Source of the DNA: a virus
Lineage: Duplodnaviria; Caudoviricetes
DNA length: 25,379 nt
IMG/VR virus record: IMGVR_UViG_3300020716_000038
Coordinates: 1 to 25,379 of that record
Strand: one strand, 5' to 3'
The position numbers and the translations under genes are program-made. The notes under the pieces are model-generated. The model searched no databases. It was not told where the DNA came from and saw only the letters and a list, made by a program, of their open reading frames with translations. Below are positions 1-7,662 of this stretch, piece after piece (position 1 is the first letter of the stretch; each line of letters opens with the position of its first letter).

Positions 1-6
1 ATAAAA

Positions 7-219
7 ATGGAAACGACTAATACTGTTTGGGAACTTAGGATTCCTTGGCACAACCAAAATAACAATTGGTGGAACGAAACATGTGCTGATGTTGTAGAAG
101 TATTTGGTTTACCCGGAGAACGTTATACATATCATCCAAGGTATGAAGATATGGCGTTTTATTTTAACTCTAAAAAGGATTATCAATTATGCAAAATTCT
201 ACTTTCAGACAGAATTTAG
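7..219 (+). CDS. hypothetical phage protein (70 aa)
   Basis: ATG to TAG ORF, co-oriented with its neighbours; Trp-rich N half and a C-terminal F.F...KD...C.IL motif like other small ORFs in the window. Confidence 0.7.
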   Translation: METTNTVWELRIPWHNQNNNWWNETCADVVEVFGLPGERYTYHPRYEDMAFYFNSKKDYQLCKILLSDRI

Positions 220-407
220 ATTTTTTTACAGTAATGCTATTAGGTATAGTAGTTGTAGCATTTGCTATCTATTGGAATTATACACATCCACATGTGGTTG
301 TTAAGTATGATTGTTCGATATCTGAGATAAGTCCAGATTATCCCATACCAGTTAAAGAAGCTTGCCGTAAACTTCGAGCAGAAAATATATTGCAATCGCC
401 TAAATAA
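189..407 (+). CDS. small membrane-anchored hypothetical protein (start may be ATG at 234)
   Basis: Hydrophobic stretch MLLGIVVVAFAIYW followed by a short domain with two Cys (CSISEISPDYPIPVKEAC). Confidence 0.65.
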   Translation: MQNSTFRQNLDFFTVMLLGIVVVAFAIYWNYTHPHVVVKYDCSISEISPDYPIPVKEACRKLRAENILQSPK

Positions 408-418
408 ACCTATATAAT
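390..418 (+). promoter_or_regulatory. sigma70-like promoter for folE with a nested TAAATA late-like element
   Basis: TTGCAA (390-395), 17-nt spacer, TATAAT (413-418); TAAATA at 401-406 lies in the spacer; AAGGA RBS precedes ATG 436. Confidence 0.65.
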
Positions 419-435
419 AGTACAAAGGAACACTT

Positions 436-1194
436 ATGACAGAATCACAAACATATAAATTTGAGACAGGGTTAGATGCTATGGCAGGCGACGGCGGTTA
501 CGAAGAAGCATATCTAGGAGATCATCTTCGATTTAAAATGAAACGAGAAGGCAAACGCTTTTGGGCTGGCGATAACATCAGCGAATATGTTACAGAAGAA
601 TTTAAAGAAAAACTAATCGACGAAGCAACAGAAGCATTTGAAACCGTGCTAGATAGATTGCTTATTGATCGTGAAAACGATCCTAATAGCAAAGGCACAG
701 CTCGTCGCCTTGCTAAGATGTATTTTAATGAAATAATGAGTGGACGCTATGAACCAGCACCAGACGCAACAGCATTTCCAAATGATTCGGCAGACCGTTA
801 CGAAGGTATGTTGGTGGTACGTAGCGAGCTCCGCTCTATGTGTAGTCATCATCATCAGCCCGTGGTTGGTGTTGCTTATATTGGCATTATTGCCGCTCAA
901 AAACTTATCGGATTATCTAAGTACACAAGAATCGCACAGTGGTGTGCCCGACGTGGAACTCTCCAGGAGGAACTTTGTAATGATATTGCTAGGGAAATCC
1001 AAAAAGCCACAGGCGCCACAGACTTAGGCGTATACATTCAAATGACACATGGGTGTTGTGAGAACAGAGGAATTATGGCTAAGAGTAGTTTAACACAGAC
1101 TACAGTATTGAAAGGTGCGTTTAAAGACGACCACGGTACTAAGAAAGAGTTCTTTGACAATATTAAAATGCAACAGGAATACGCTTCAAAATGA
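436..1194 (+). CDS. folE: GTP cyclohydrolase I (FolE), first step of 7-deazaguanine/pterin synthesis
   Basis: TARRLAKMY, Zn-binding SMCSHH, IGLSKYTRIAQW..RR.TLQE and H.C.ENRG motifs. Confidence 0.95.
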   Translation: MTESQTYKFETGLDAMAGDGGYEEAYLGDHLRFKMKREGKRFWAGDNISEYVTEEFKEKLIDEATEAFETVLDRLLIDRENDPNSKGTARRLAKMYFNEIMSGRYEPAPDATAFPNDSADRYEGMLVVRSELRSMCSHHHQPVVGVAYIGIIAAQKLIGLSKYTRIAQWCARRGTLQEELCNDIAREIQKATGATDLGVYIQMTHGCCENRGIMAKSSLTQTTVLKGAFKDDHGTKKEFFDNIKMQQEYASK

Positions 1195-1856
1195 TAGTTC
1201 CGATGACTGCTACCGATACGTTAGCACTATTAGGTACTAATTTTGTGTCTGCATTTCAATCAGAAATGGATGCTATCATGGCACCATTACGTAAACATAT
1301 TGCACTAGGTCGCCCATTAAGTATGGGTAAAGAACTTTGGGAATATGTAGTTTCCGACAGTATTCCTGGTGCTGTTTGGAATGGTGCTGGTCATAGTTTG
1401 ATAGATGTGATGATCACTCCTGGAGTTGGAGGCGATGTTAAAAGTGTAAGCTATGGGCCGACAGCAAAACAAACTACAGAAGCCAGTATGTATCAAAACT
1501 TTGATCAAACTGCAAAACAGTTTTTTATTAATAAAGACAAAGCTTCATTATGGGATAGGTATGTTAATGGATGGTTTGCTAAAGCACATTCATTTCAAAA
1601 ATATTATCTTATAGGAATACTAAGAGAAAAAGCGACTCTAGATTGTAATCTATGTGCATTTGAGGTTACAGATTCAATACCAGCATTTAATGATAATCTA
1701 TGTACGTTTACTACTAAAATGATGTATATTTCGGGTGTTGCACCGGCAGACTTTATTAAAATAAGATATTATAATAGCAAAAGCAGAATGGAAATTTTGT
1801 TTCAAAAAAAATGTTGGACTGATCCGACATATACATTACCAATTTATAAATTTTAA
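1191..1856 (+). CDS. putative PD-(D/E)xK restriction-endonuclease-like nuclease
   Basis: KELWE helix followed by ID72-x9-D82-V-K84; 221 aa; overlaps the folE stop (ATGA). Confidence 0.55.
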   Translation: MIVPMTATDTLALLGTNFVSAFQSEMDAIMAPLRKHIALGRPLSMGKELWEYVVSDSIPGAVWNGAGHSLIDVMITPGVGGDVKSVSYGPTAKQTTEASMYQNFDQTAKQFFINKDKASLWDRYVNGWFAKAHSFQKYYLIGILREKATLDCNLCAFEVTDSIPAFNDNLCTFTTKMMYISGVAPADFIKIRYYNSKSRMEILFQKKCWTDPTYTLPIYKF

Positions 1857-1858
1857 TT

Positions 1859-2206
1859 ATGAAAATACAGATACCTGCCGAAGGCATTATGCAAGCTCAT
1901 GATTGGGGTAAGAGTAAAGTCTACCGAGTTGCTTGTAATTGCGGTGCTTCGGAACACGATCATCATGTATGGGTAGAAGCCGACAACCGAGGTGAAGTCA
2001 GTCTTACTGTTTATACAACTGTACGAAGCAATTGGTGGAGTAAAACTCGCTGGCATGCTATTTGGACATTGTTAACTAAAGGCTATGTCGACACAGAGTC
2101 TACTCTAATTATGAATAAACAACAAGCATTTAACTATGCTCATACATTATTGAGTGCCGTCGAAGATGTAGAACAATTCAAAGAGGAACAAGATGCAGAA
2201 CGCTAA
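1859..2206 (+). CDS. hypothetical protein with a putative Zn-binding motif
   Basis: CxC-x4-HxHH (CNCGASEHDHH); tightly packed in the operon. Confidence 0.75.
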   Translation: MKIQIPAEGIMQAHDWGKSKVYRVACNCGASEHDHHVWVEADNRGEVSLTVYTTVRSNWWSKTRWHAIWTLLTKGYVDTESTLIMNKQQAFNYAHTLLSAVEDVEQFKEEQDAER

Positions 2207-2423
2207 ACAAATAACTGATGAACTAATTTACCGTATGAAAACTACAGACCTAAATAAGTTTGAGATCAAACGTGAAGTAGGCGACAACTGGATTCCAAAT
2301 GGAACTGTTCCTTTTGATATTAGTGCTAGCAAAGGTATCGCTACATTTACAGTATGGGCAGAAAGCATACAAGATGCAGAAGATCAAGTAACACAATTTT
2401 TAGAGAAAGACGAAGATGAGTAA
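2193..2423 (+). CDS. hypothetical protein (76 aa)
   Basis: GAGGA RBS; overlaps both neighbouring genes. Confidence 0.75.
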   Translation: MQNAKQITDELIYRMKTTDLNKFEIKREVGDNWIPNGTVPFDISASKGIATFTVWAESIQDAEDQVTQFLEKDEDE

Positions 2424-3273
2424 AATTAAAATCGCAGAATTATTTTATAGTATACAAGGCGAAGGACGGTACATGGGCGTTCCTAGCGTGTTCCTTAGAA
2501 CTTTCGGCTGTAATTTCCGCTGTGCAGGCTTTGGTATGCCACGCGGTGAACTGAGTACAGAAGCTGAAGACGTTGCTACAGTAGTACATCTATATAACAA
2601 ATATGAAGAACTTCCTTTGGTTAGTACAGGGTGTGATAGTTATGCTAGCTGGCATCCTAGTTTTAAAGATCTTAGTCCAATGCTTACTACAGGTGCCATA
2701 GCAGATCGTATTATGGAAATTCTTCCATATCATCAATGGCAAGACGAACATTTAGTTATTACAGGCGGAGAACCGTTGTTAGGTTGGCAACGTGCTTATC
2801 CTGACTTGTTAGATCATCCTAATATGCAGTCATTGAAAGAATTGACATTTGAAACAAACGGAACTCAAACGTTAACCGATGATTTTCAAAGGTATTTGTT
2901 AAACTGGCAAAAAAGCGAAGGACAGTTATATGCCAGAGATGTTACATTTAGTGTTAGTGCTAAGTTAAGTAATAGTGGCGAAAAACGTGAAGATGCTATT
3001 CGCCCAGATGTATTGCTACAATATCAAGATGTAGGTTATACATATCTTAAATTTGTAGTAGCAACAGAAGATGATGCATATGAAGCTATCGAAGTTATGG
3101 ACATTTATAGACTTGCAGGATTTACAGGTGCAGTTTATCTAATGCCAGTTGGTGGTGTTGAAAGTGTCTATGCATTAAACAATCGTCGTGTAGCAGAATT
3201 GGCTATGAAGGCAGGCTTACGCTACAGTGACAGACTACAAGTGCCTTTATTTAAAAACGAATGGGGTACTTAA
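2416..3273 (+). CDS. queE: 7-carboxy-7-deazaguanine synthase QueE (radical SAM)
   Basis: ELFYSIQGEG..G.PSVFLR.FGCNFRC, CDS, ITGGEP, ETNGT, S.KL, YLMP and RLQ motifs. Confidence 0.92.
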   Translation: MSKIKIAELFYSIQGEGRYMGVPSVFLRTFGCNFRCAGFGMPRGELSTEAEDVATVVHLYNKYEELPLVSTGCDSYASWHPSFKDLSPMLTTGAIADRIMEILPYHQWQDEHLVITGGEPLLGWQRAYPDLLDHPNMQSLKELTFETNGTQTLTDDFQRYLLNWQKSEGQLYARDVTFSVSAKLSNSGEKREDAIRPDVLLQYQDVGYTYLKFVVATEDDAYEAIEVMDIYRLAGFTGAVYLMPVGGVESVYALNNRRVAELAMKAGLRYSDRLQVPLFKNEWGT

Positions 3274-3274
3274 A

Positions 3275-3946
3275 TTGAAATTAGTTTGTTTTAAAAATTT
3301 TCCTAAAAAAACTCCGTTTGCCCCTGAGTACGAGTACATTATCTATGAAAATTTTATAAACAATATCGATTTTAATAAAATTGCCGAAATAGTACTGTCT
3401 AAAGAAAAATCAATAATAGAAAATTACCCATCGACTACTAAAATTAGTATAGATGGGTATACAGGGTTAGGCGATGATAGTCTAACTTCTCGATATTCAA
3501 ATTTCAATGTGTTTGCATGGAATGAAAGTGAAATACAGAAATTAAAAGAAAAGATTTATGAACACTATATTTTATTTTTAAATTCAGTAAAAGTACCTCA
3601 AAGTAAAGTATGGATACAATGTTGGGCAAATGTTTTAAGAAAAGATCAAAAAATTAACCCGCATTTGCATAATGTCAGCCCGTATTGTTATCTAGGAGGG
3701 CACGTGGTAGTACAATGTTCAGATACATCTACTCTTTATATCAATCCTATAAACCAAATAAACGATCCGGAAACATACGAAAGTAAAAATGAAGTAGGAA
3801 AGATTACATTTTTTCAAAATAGTATTCCACATTATACTACTATGCATACAAGTGATTCAGAAAGAATAACTATAGCATTTGATTTAATTGTAGATGAAGA
3901 AGTAGTTTCATCTGATACAAAAAATTTGATTTTATTTGATAACTAA
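3275..3946 (+). CDS. 2OG-Fe(II) oxygenase-like protein (HxH type, TIGR02466/2OG-FeII_Oxy_5-like); likely TTG start at 3275
   Basis: WANV..HLH..LGGHVVV..GKITFF...IPHYT..RITIAFD double-stranded beta-helix signature; in-frame TTG 1 nt after the queE stop. Confidence 0.8.
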   Translation: MKLVCFKNFPKKTPFAPEYEYIIYENFINNIDFNKIAEIVLSKEKSIIENYPSTTKISIDGYTGLGDDSLTSRYSNFNVFAWNESEIQKLKEKIYEHYILFLNSVKVPQSKVWIQCWANVLRKDQKINPHLHNVSPYCYLGGHVVVQCSDTSTLYINPINQINDPETYESKNEVGKITFFQNSIPHYTTMHTSDSERITIAFDLIVDEEVVSSDTKNLILFDN

Positions 3947-3950
3947 AAAT

Positions 3951-4559
3951 ATGAATATTTCTGGGATATTTCCAACACCTATCGGTATTACAGAATTAGG
4001 CAGACCGTTTACCGATGTCGAACTTAGTTTTGTTTCTGAATCTTTGAAAAACAATAAACCTAATTCAGGTAATTTAACTAGCGTAGACAATTATGTTTTA
4101 AATAAATCCGAAATGAAAGATTTAAATTCTTTTTGCACAGATAGTCTTAATAACTATTTGACAGAAGTAAATCCGCCTAAAGAAGACGGCCCAAGTCCGT
4201 ATATAACCCAGTCTTGGTTAAATCTTACACAGAATGGCGGTCATCACCATGTACATAGTCATAATAACAGTTTTATCAGTGGTGTATTTTATATAAGTGC
4301 AGATATTAATGCAGATAGAATATATTTTACAAATCCAATTACTCAACATTTAACTTATCCTCCAAAATCTTGGAATATGTATAATAGTGGTGATTGGTTT
4401 TTTCCGGTAACAACTGGAATATTGTTGTTGTTCCCATCTACTTTGTTACACAGGGTTGATACAAAACGTACAAACGGAGATAGAATTAGTTTATCATTTA
4501 ATACATTTTTAAAAGGTACACTAGGTTCAGCAGAACATTCTACTGAACTTAAATTATAA
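3951..4559 (+). CDS. 2OG-Fe(II) oxygenase-like protein (TIGR02466 family); likely ATG start at 3951
   Basis: IFPTPI, SWLN, HSH.NSFISGVFY, G.LLLFPS.L.H.V and RISLSFN motifs. Confidence 0.88.
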   Translation: MNISGIFPTPIGITELGRPFTDVELSFVSESLKNNKPNSGNLTSVDNYVLNKSEMKDLNSFCTDSLNNYLTEVNPPKEDGPSPYITQSWLNLTQNGGHHHVHSHNNSFISGVFYISADINADRIYFTNPITQHLTYPPKSWNMYNSGDWFFPVTTGILLLFPSTLLHRVDTKRTNGDRISLSFNTFLKGTLGSAEHSTELKL

Positions 4560-4570
4560 GGAGATTTATA

Positions 4571-4714
4571 ATGTTAGAAATGATGATAGCATTACTTATG
4601 GTAGCAGTATTAGTAGGAGTTATAATGGTTATGACTCCCGATAACAACTCGGCATGTACCGGTAATTGCAGACAAGGCAGAGATTGCGATTGTATAGGAA
4701 AGAAAAATGATTAA
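4571..4714 (+). CDS. 47-aa membrane micro-protein with a Cys cluster (absent from the ORF track)
   Basis: AAGGAG RBS at 4558-4563; translates to MLEMMIALLMVAVLVGVIMVMTPDNNSACTGNCRQGRDCDCIGKKND*; fills the intergenic gap and overlaps the next ATG. Confidence 0.8.
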   Translation: MLEMMIALLMVAVLVGVIMVMTPDNNSACTGNCRQGRDCDCIGKKND

Positions 4715-5162
4715 AAATTTAATTAAACGAATGTTAGGAATTGATAAGTTGGAGGAAAACTTAAAGGTTCTCAAAGAGATGGAAGCTAAAGCCGTTAGTG
4801 CAACTGCCGAAGCGCAACTAGCTGAAACCAAAGCTAAAGAAGAGGAACGTATTGCCAAACTAACGCCAAAGGAACGTGCAACTATTCGTGGTGAACCTTG
4901 GGTTAGTGTGTTGGATACACATGTAAACAAGGAAAACATTCGTAATGGCTTCTTTGAGCTTGACTGGAACCCAGAGTTTATAGTACAATTAAAGGCAGCT
5001 GGTTATGGTTTTGAAGGCGATCCAGATGAAGAAATTGTGGATCGCTGGTTCAGAGATTTAGCATTGAACATGATTGCCGAAGCTGGACAAGACCCATCAC
5101 GTGTTAGTGCTGGTTTTATTAATGTAAGTAAATTAGGCGGCGGAAGAGCCGAGGTTCAATGA
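4707..5162 (+). CDS. hypothetical phage protein with N-terminal coiled coil
   Basis: Ala/Glu/Lys-rich helix followed by a GFFELDWN..F domain; coupled to the downstream exonuclease gene. Confidence 0.85.
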   Translation: MIKNLIKRMLGIDKLEENLKVLKEMEAKAVSATAEAQLAETKAKEEERIAKLTPKERATIRGEPWVSVLDTHVNKENIRNGFFELDWNPEFIVQLKAAGYGFEGDPDEEIVDRWFRDLALNMIAEAGQDPSRVSAGFINVSKLGGGRAEVQ

Positions 5163-6151
5163 CATATATTGTAGTCGATACTGCTAATACGTTTTTTCGT
5201 GCTAGACATGTAGTACAAGGTAGTGCTGATATTAAACTTGGCATGGCATTTCATATTACTTTTAACAGTATTAAGAAAGCATGGCAAGACTTTGGAGGCA
5301 CACATGTAGTATTCTGTCTCGAAGGTCGTAGCTGGCGTAAAGATGTTTACAAACCATACAAGGCTAATAGGCAAGAAACTCGTGCGGCTATGACACAAAA
5401 AGAACAAGATGAAGATAAATTGTTCTGGGAAGCATTTGACGAGTTTAAAAATTTCATTACAGAAAAAACTAACTGTACTGTAATGCGTCATGAAAACTTA
5501 GAAGCAGATGATTTGATTGCAGGTTGGATACAAGCTCATCCAGATGCAAAACATGTTATTATTTCGACAGATGGCGATTTTGCACAGCTAATCGGCCCTA
5601 ATGTAAGTCAATATAACGGTGTAGGTGACTTGCATATTACACACGAAGGAATATTTGATGCGAAAGGTAAACCAGTTAAAGACAAAAAGACGGGAGAGCC
5701 TAAGCCTGCACAAGACCCAGAATGGATGCTATTCGAAAAATGTATGCGAGGCGACACCTCCGACAATGTGTTTTCGGCTTACCCGGGAGTTCGTACGAAA
5801 GGGTCAAAGAATAAAGTTGGTCTCATGGAGGCATTTCAAGATCGCAAGACTCGAGGATATAATTGGAACAATCTAATGTTGCAACGTTGGGTCGATCATA
5901 ATGGTGTTGAACACAGAGTTTTAGAAGATTATCAGCGTAATGTACAGTTGTGCGATTTAACAGCACAACCAGAAGACATTAAGACTAAGATTCGAGAAAC
6001 AATTAAGACTAATGCAGTAGCTAAAGAAGTTAGCCAAGTAGGTATTCGTATGCTCAAGTTTTGCAATGCTTGGGATATGAAAAAGATCGCTGATAACATT
6101 CAGCAGTACGCAGAGCCATTTCAGGCAAAATATCAAGGAGAAATTAAATGA
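5159..6151 (+). CDS. rnh: T4 RNase H-like 5'-3' exonuclease (FEN/PIN family)
   Basis: VVDTAN, SWRK..Y.PYKANR, EADDLI, ISTDGDF.QL and GDTSDNV.SAYPGV motifs. Confidence 0.9.
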   Translation: MTYIVVDTANTFFRARHVVQGSADIKLGMAFHITFNSIKKAWQDFGGTHVVFCLEGRSWRKDVYKPYKANRQETRAAMTQKEQDEDKLFWEAFDEFKNFITEKTNCTVMRHENLEADDLIAGWIQAHPDAKHVIISTDGDFAQLIGPNVSQYNGVGDLHITHEGIFDAKGKPVKDKKTGEPKPAQDPEWMLFEKCMRGDTSDNVFSAYPGVRTKGSKNKVGLMEAFQDRKTRGYNWNNLMLQRWVDHNGVEHRVLEDYQRNVQLCDLTAQPEDIKTKIRETIKTNAVAKEVSQVGIRMLKFCNAWDMKKIADNIQQYAEPFQAKYQGEIK

Positions 6152-6342
6152 GTGCAATTACAGAAAAATTAGTTAAGGCAAACGAGAGCTTTACAATCAA
6201 TCGTTACGATAATGGATTTATGATTGAAGTCGGCGGACGTGATGACAACGACGATTGGAAAAATGCTAAAGTTATTGTTGGTACAGAAGAAGAACTGATT
6301 GACGCTATCAAAGAAGCATTGTCTTTACCATTAGCAGAATAA
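6148..6342 (+). CDS. hypothetical protein (64 aa)
   Basis: AAGGAG RBS; ATGA overlap with the rnh stop. Confidence 0.8.
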   Translation: MSAITEKLVKANESFTINRYDNGFMIEVGGRDDNDDWKNAKVIVGTEEELIDAIKEALSLPLAE

Positions 6343-6352
6343 GGGGATAAAC

Positions 6353-6856
6353 ATGGCAACATGGACCGTTAGCACACATTATAAAAAATCTTGTCAAGAA
6401 GTTGAATTTTGGGTTCGACGTGAAGGCGAAGGTAAAATTATCACTACTAACGGTTTCCGTTATGGTGAATGGACTGTAGAAACTACAGACGACAATCCTC
6501 CAGAGTTTGAGTTTACTTTTGTTCCCGGAGGCGATGGCAAGAAAGACAGCATCAATATGCTAGACTGTGAAGTTAATAATATTGAAAGTGTTGAACTTGT
6601 TGAAATGTTTGACGGCGGTTGCTGGTATGATACTGAGTTTGTAGATCTTACTGAAGAAGAGGAAGATGAGCTTCAAGAGTTCATTGATGAAAACAGCATC
6701 TACGATTTAGAGGATCGTGACGAAGACGGTTGGTATCAAGATGAAACTGAATGGTGGATCTGGGGACCAATTGAAATTAAAAACGAAGCTGGCGAAACCG
6801 TGCGTATTATCTGTGCAGATGCTGACGGCAATGTAGTAGATTTTGTCGAAGAATGA
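6353..6856 (+). CDS. highly acidic hypothetical protein
   Basis: AAGGGG RBS; about 47 D/E versus about 11 K/R in 167 aa (hand count). Confidence 0.85.
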   Translation: MATWTVSTHYKKSCQEVEFWVRREGEGKIITTNGFRYGEWTVETTDDNPPEFEFTFVPGGDGKKDSINMLDCEVNNIESVELVEMFDGGCWYDTEFVDLTEEEEDELQEFIDENSIYDLEDRDEDGWYQDETEWWIWGPIEIKNEAGETVRIICADADGNVVDFVEE

Positions 6857-6858
6857 GA

Positions 6859-6881
6859 GATAAATACGTACATTACTCGGG
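6859..6881 (+). promoter_or_regulatory. GATAAATA late-promoter-like motif plus CGTACATTAC element
   Basis: Intergenic; resembles the T4 late promoter TATAAATA; the same motif pair recurs at 7628-7653. Confidence 0.55.
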
Positions 6882-6917
6882 TGCCGTCAGGGCCCTTGTA
6901 ATATTAAGGAGAAAATT

Positions 6918-7397
6918 ATGACAGAGATACATGCCAAGCCTATTGTGGATGGTAAGTTTTGGATCGTAGAGCAAGACGGCGCTAAGATCGCAACACTACA
7001 CAAAAAAGAAAACAATAAATTCATACTGAGCAGTACATCAGGTGAAGTTATGTTTAACAAAAAACAAGACCTTACCAAGCAATTTGGAGAAGGATTCTTT
7101 CTAAATAACACCAAAGTTAAAGTTACACAAGCAGAACCTAATGAATGTCACGGTTTCGCTACAAGTGTAAAGCCTTATAACAGTATGTATGATGTAAGAC
7201 GCAAACTTCCATTGTTTACCAAGAGCAATGCTAGTAAAAGTCTATACTGTGCAGGCTATTATGTAATTAAATTCAATAAAGGTTGGGTTAAGAGCTTTTG
7301 TCCTAAGGTTATTACTTTAGAACGCAATGAGTATCGTGGACCTTTTAAAACTGAATTTGAAATGAAACAGGTACTTGCTAATGCAAAATCAGATTAA
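6918..7397 (+). CDS. hypothetical phage protein (159 aa, basic)
   Basis: AAGGAG RBS; long ORF with core-like codon usage. Confidence 0.85.
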   Translation: MTEIHAKPIVDGKFWIVEQDGAKIATLHKKENNKFILSSTSGEVMFNKKQDLTKQFGEGFFLNNTKVKVTQAEPNECHGFATSVKPYNSMYDVRRKLPLFTKSNASKSLYCAGYYVIKFNKGWVKSFCPKVITLERNEYRGPFKTEFEMKQVLANAKSD

Positions 7398-7626
7398 CCT
7401 AACACCAATCACAAATCTTATTCAAGTAATCAGAAGTGCTGAACTTACTCAACAAAAAGAAGTAAGAATACCTATTCAAGCGGCTAGGTTGTTAAGTTTA
7501 GCACTTGCTGAAATACAAGATAAGCTACTACAAGATTACGAAACATTGTTTAATCAATTAAAAACAAGCCAGGATACCGAAGTTATTAGTGTTACAATGG
7601 ATGGTGGCGGTTTTGAGGACAAGTAA
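7381..7626 (+). CDS. hypothetical protein (likely ATG start at 7381)
   Basis: Helical protein ending in MDGGGF; overlaps the upstream gene. Confidence 0.75.
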   Translation: MQNQINLTPITNLIQVIRSAELTQQKEVRIPIQAARLLSLALAEIQDKLLQDYETLFNQLKTSQDTEVISVTMDGGGFEDK

Positions 7627-7627
7627 G

Positions 7628-7661
7628 GATAAATATATGCGTACATTACCGGGACGCATAT
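7628..7661 (+). promoter_or_regulatory. GATAAATA late-like promoter plus hairpin abutting the RBS and start codon
   Basis: GATAAATA 7628-7635; inverted repeat ATATGCGT (7635-7642) / ACGCATAT (7654-7661); ATG at 7663. Confidence 0.6.
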
Positions 7662-7662
7662 T

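Noticed and set aside
436-1194. folE as a purely folate auxiliary gene supporting thyX
   Set aside because: Its linkage to queE favours 7-deazaguanine synthesis, though a folate or tRNA-queuosine role is not excluded because dpdA is not in the window.
1191-1856. ORF as a homing endonuclease, DpdA or QueD
   Set aside because: It shows no HNH, GIY-YIG or LAGLIDADG motif, no TGT-like motifs and no QueD Cx3HGH motif, and it does not interrupt a gene.
3227-3274. Track start of the first oxygenase at 3227
   Set aside because: It overlaps the queE 3' end by 47 nt; the in-frame TTG at 3275 fits the gene packing better.
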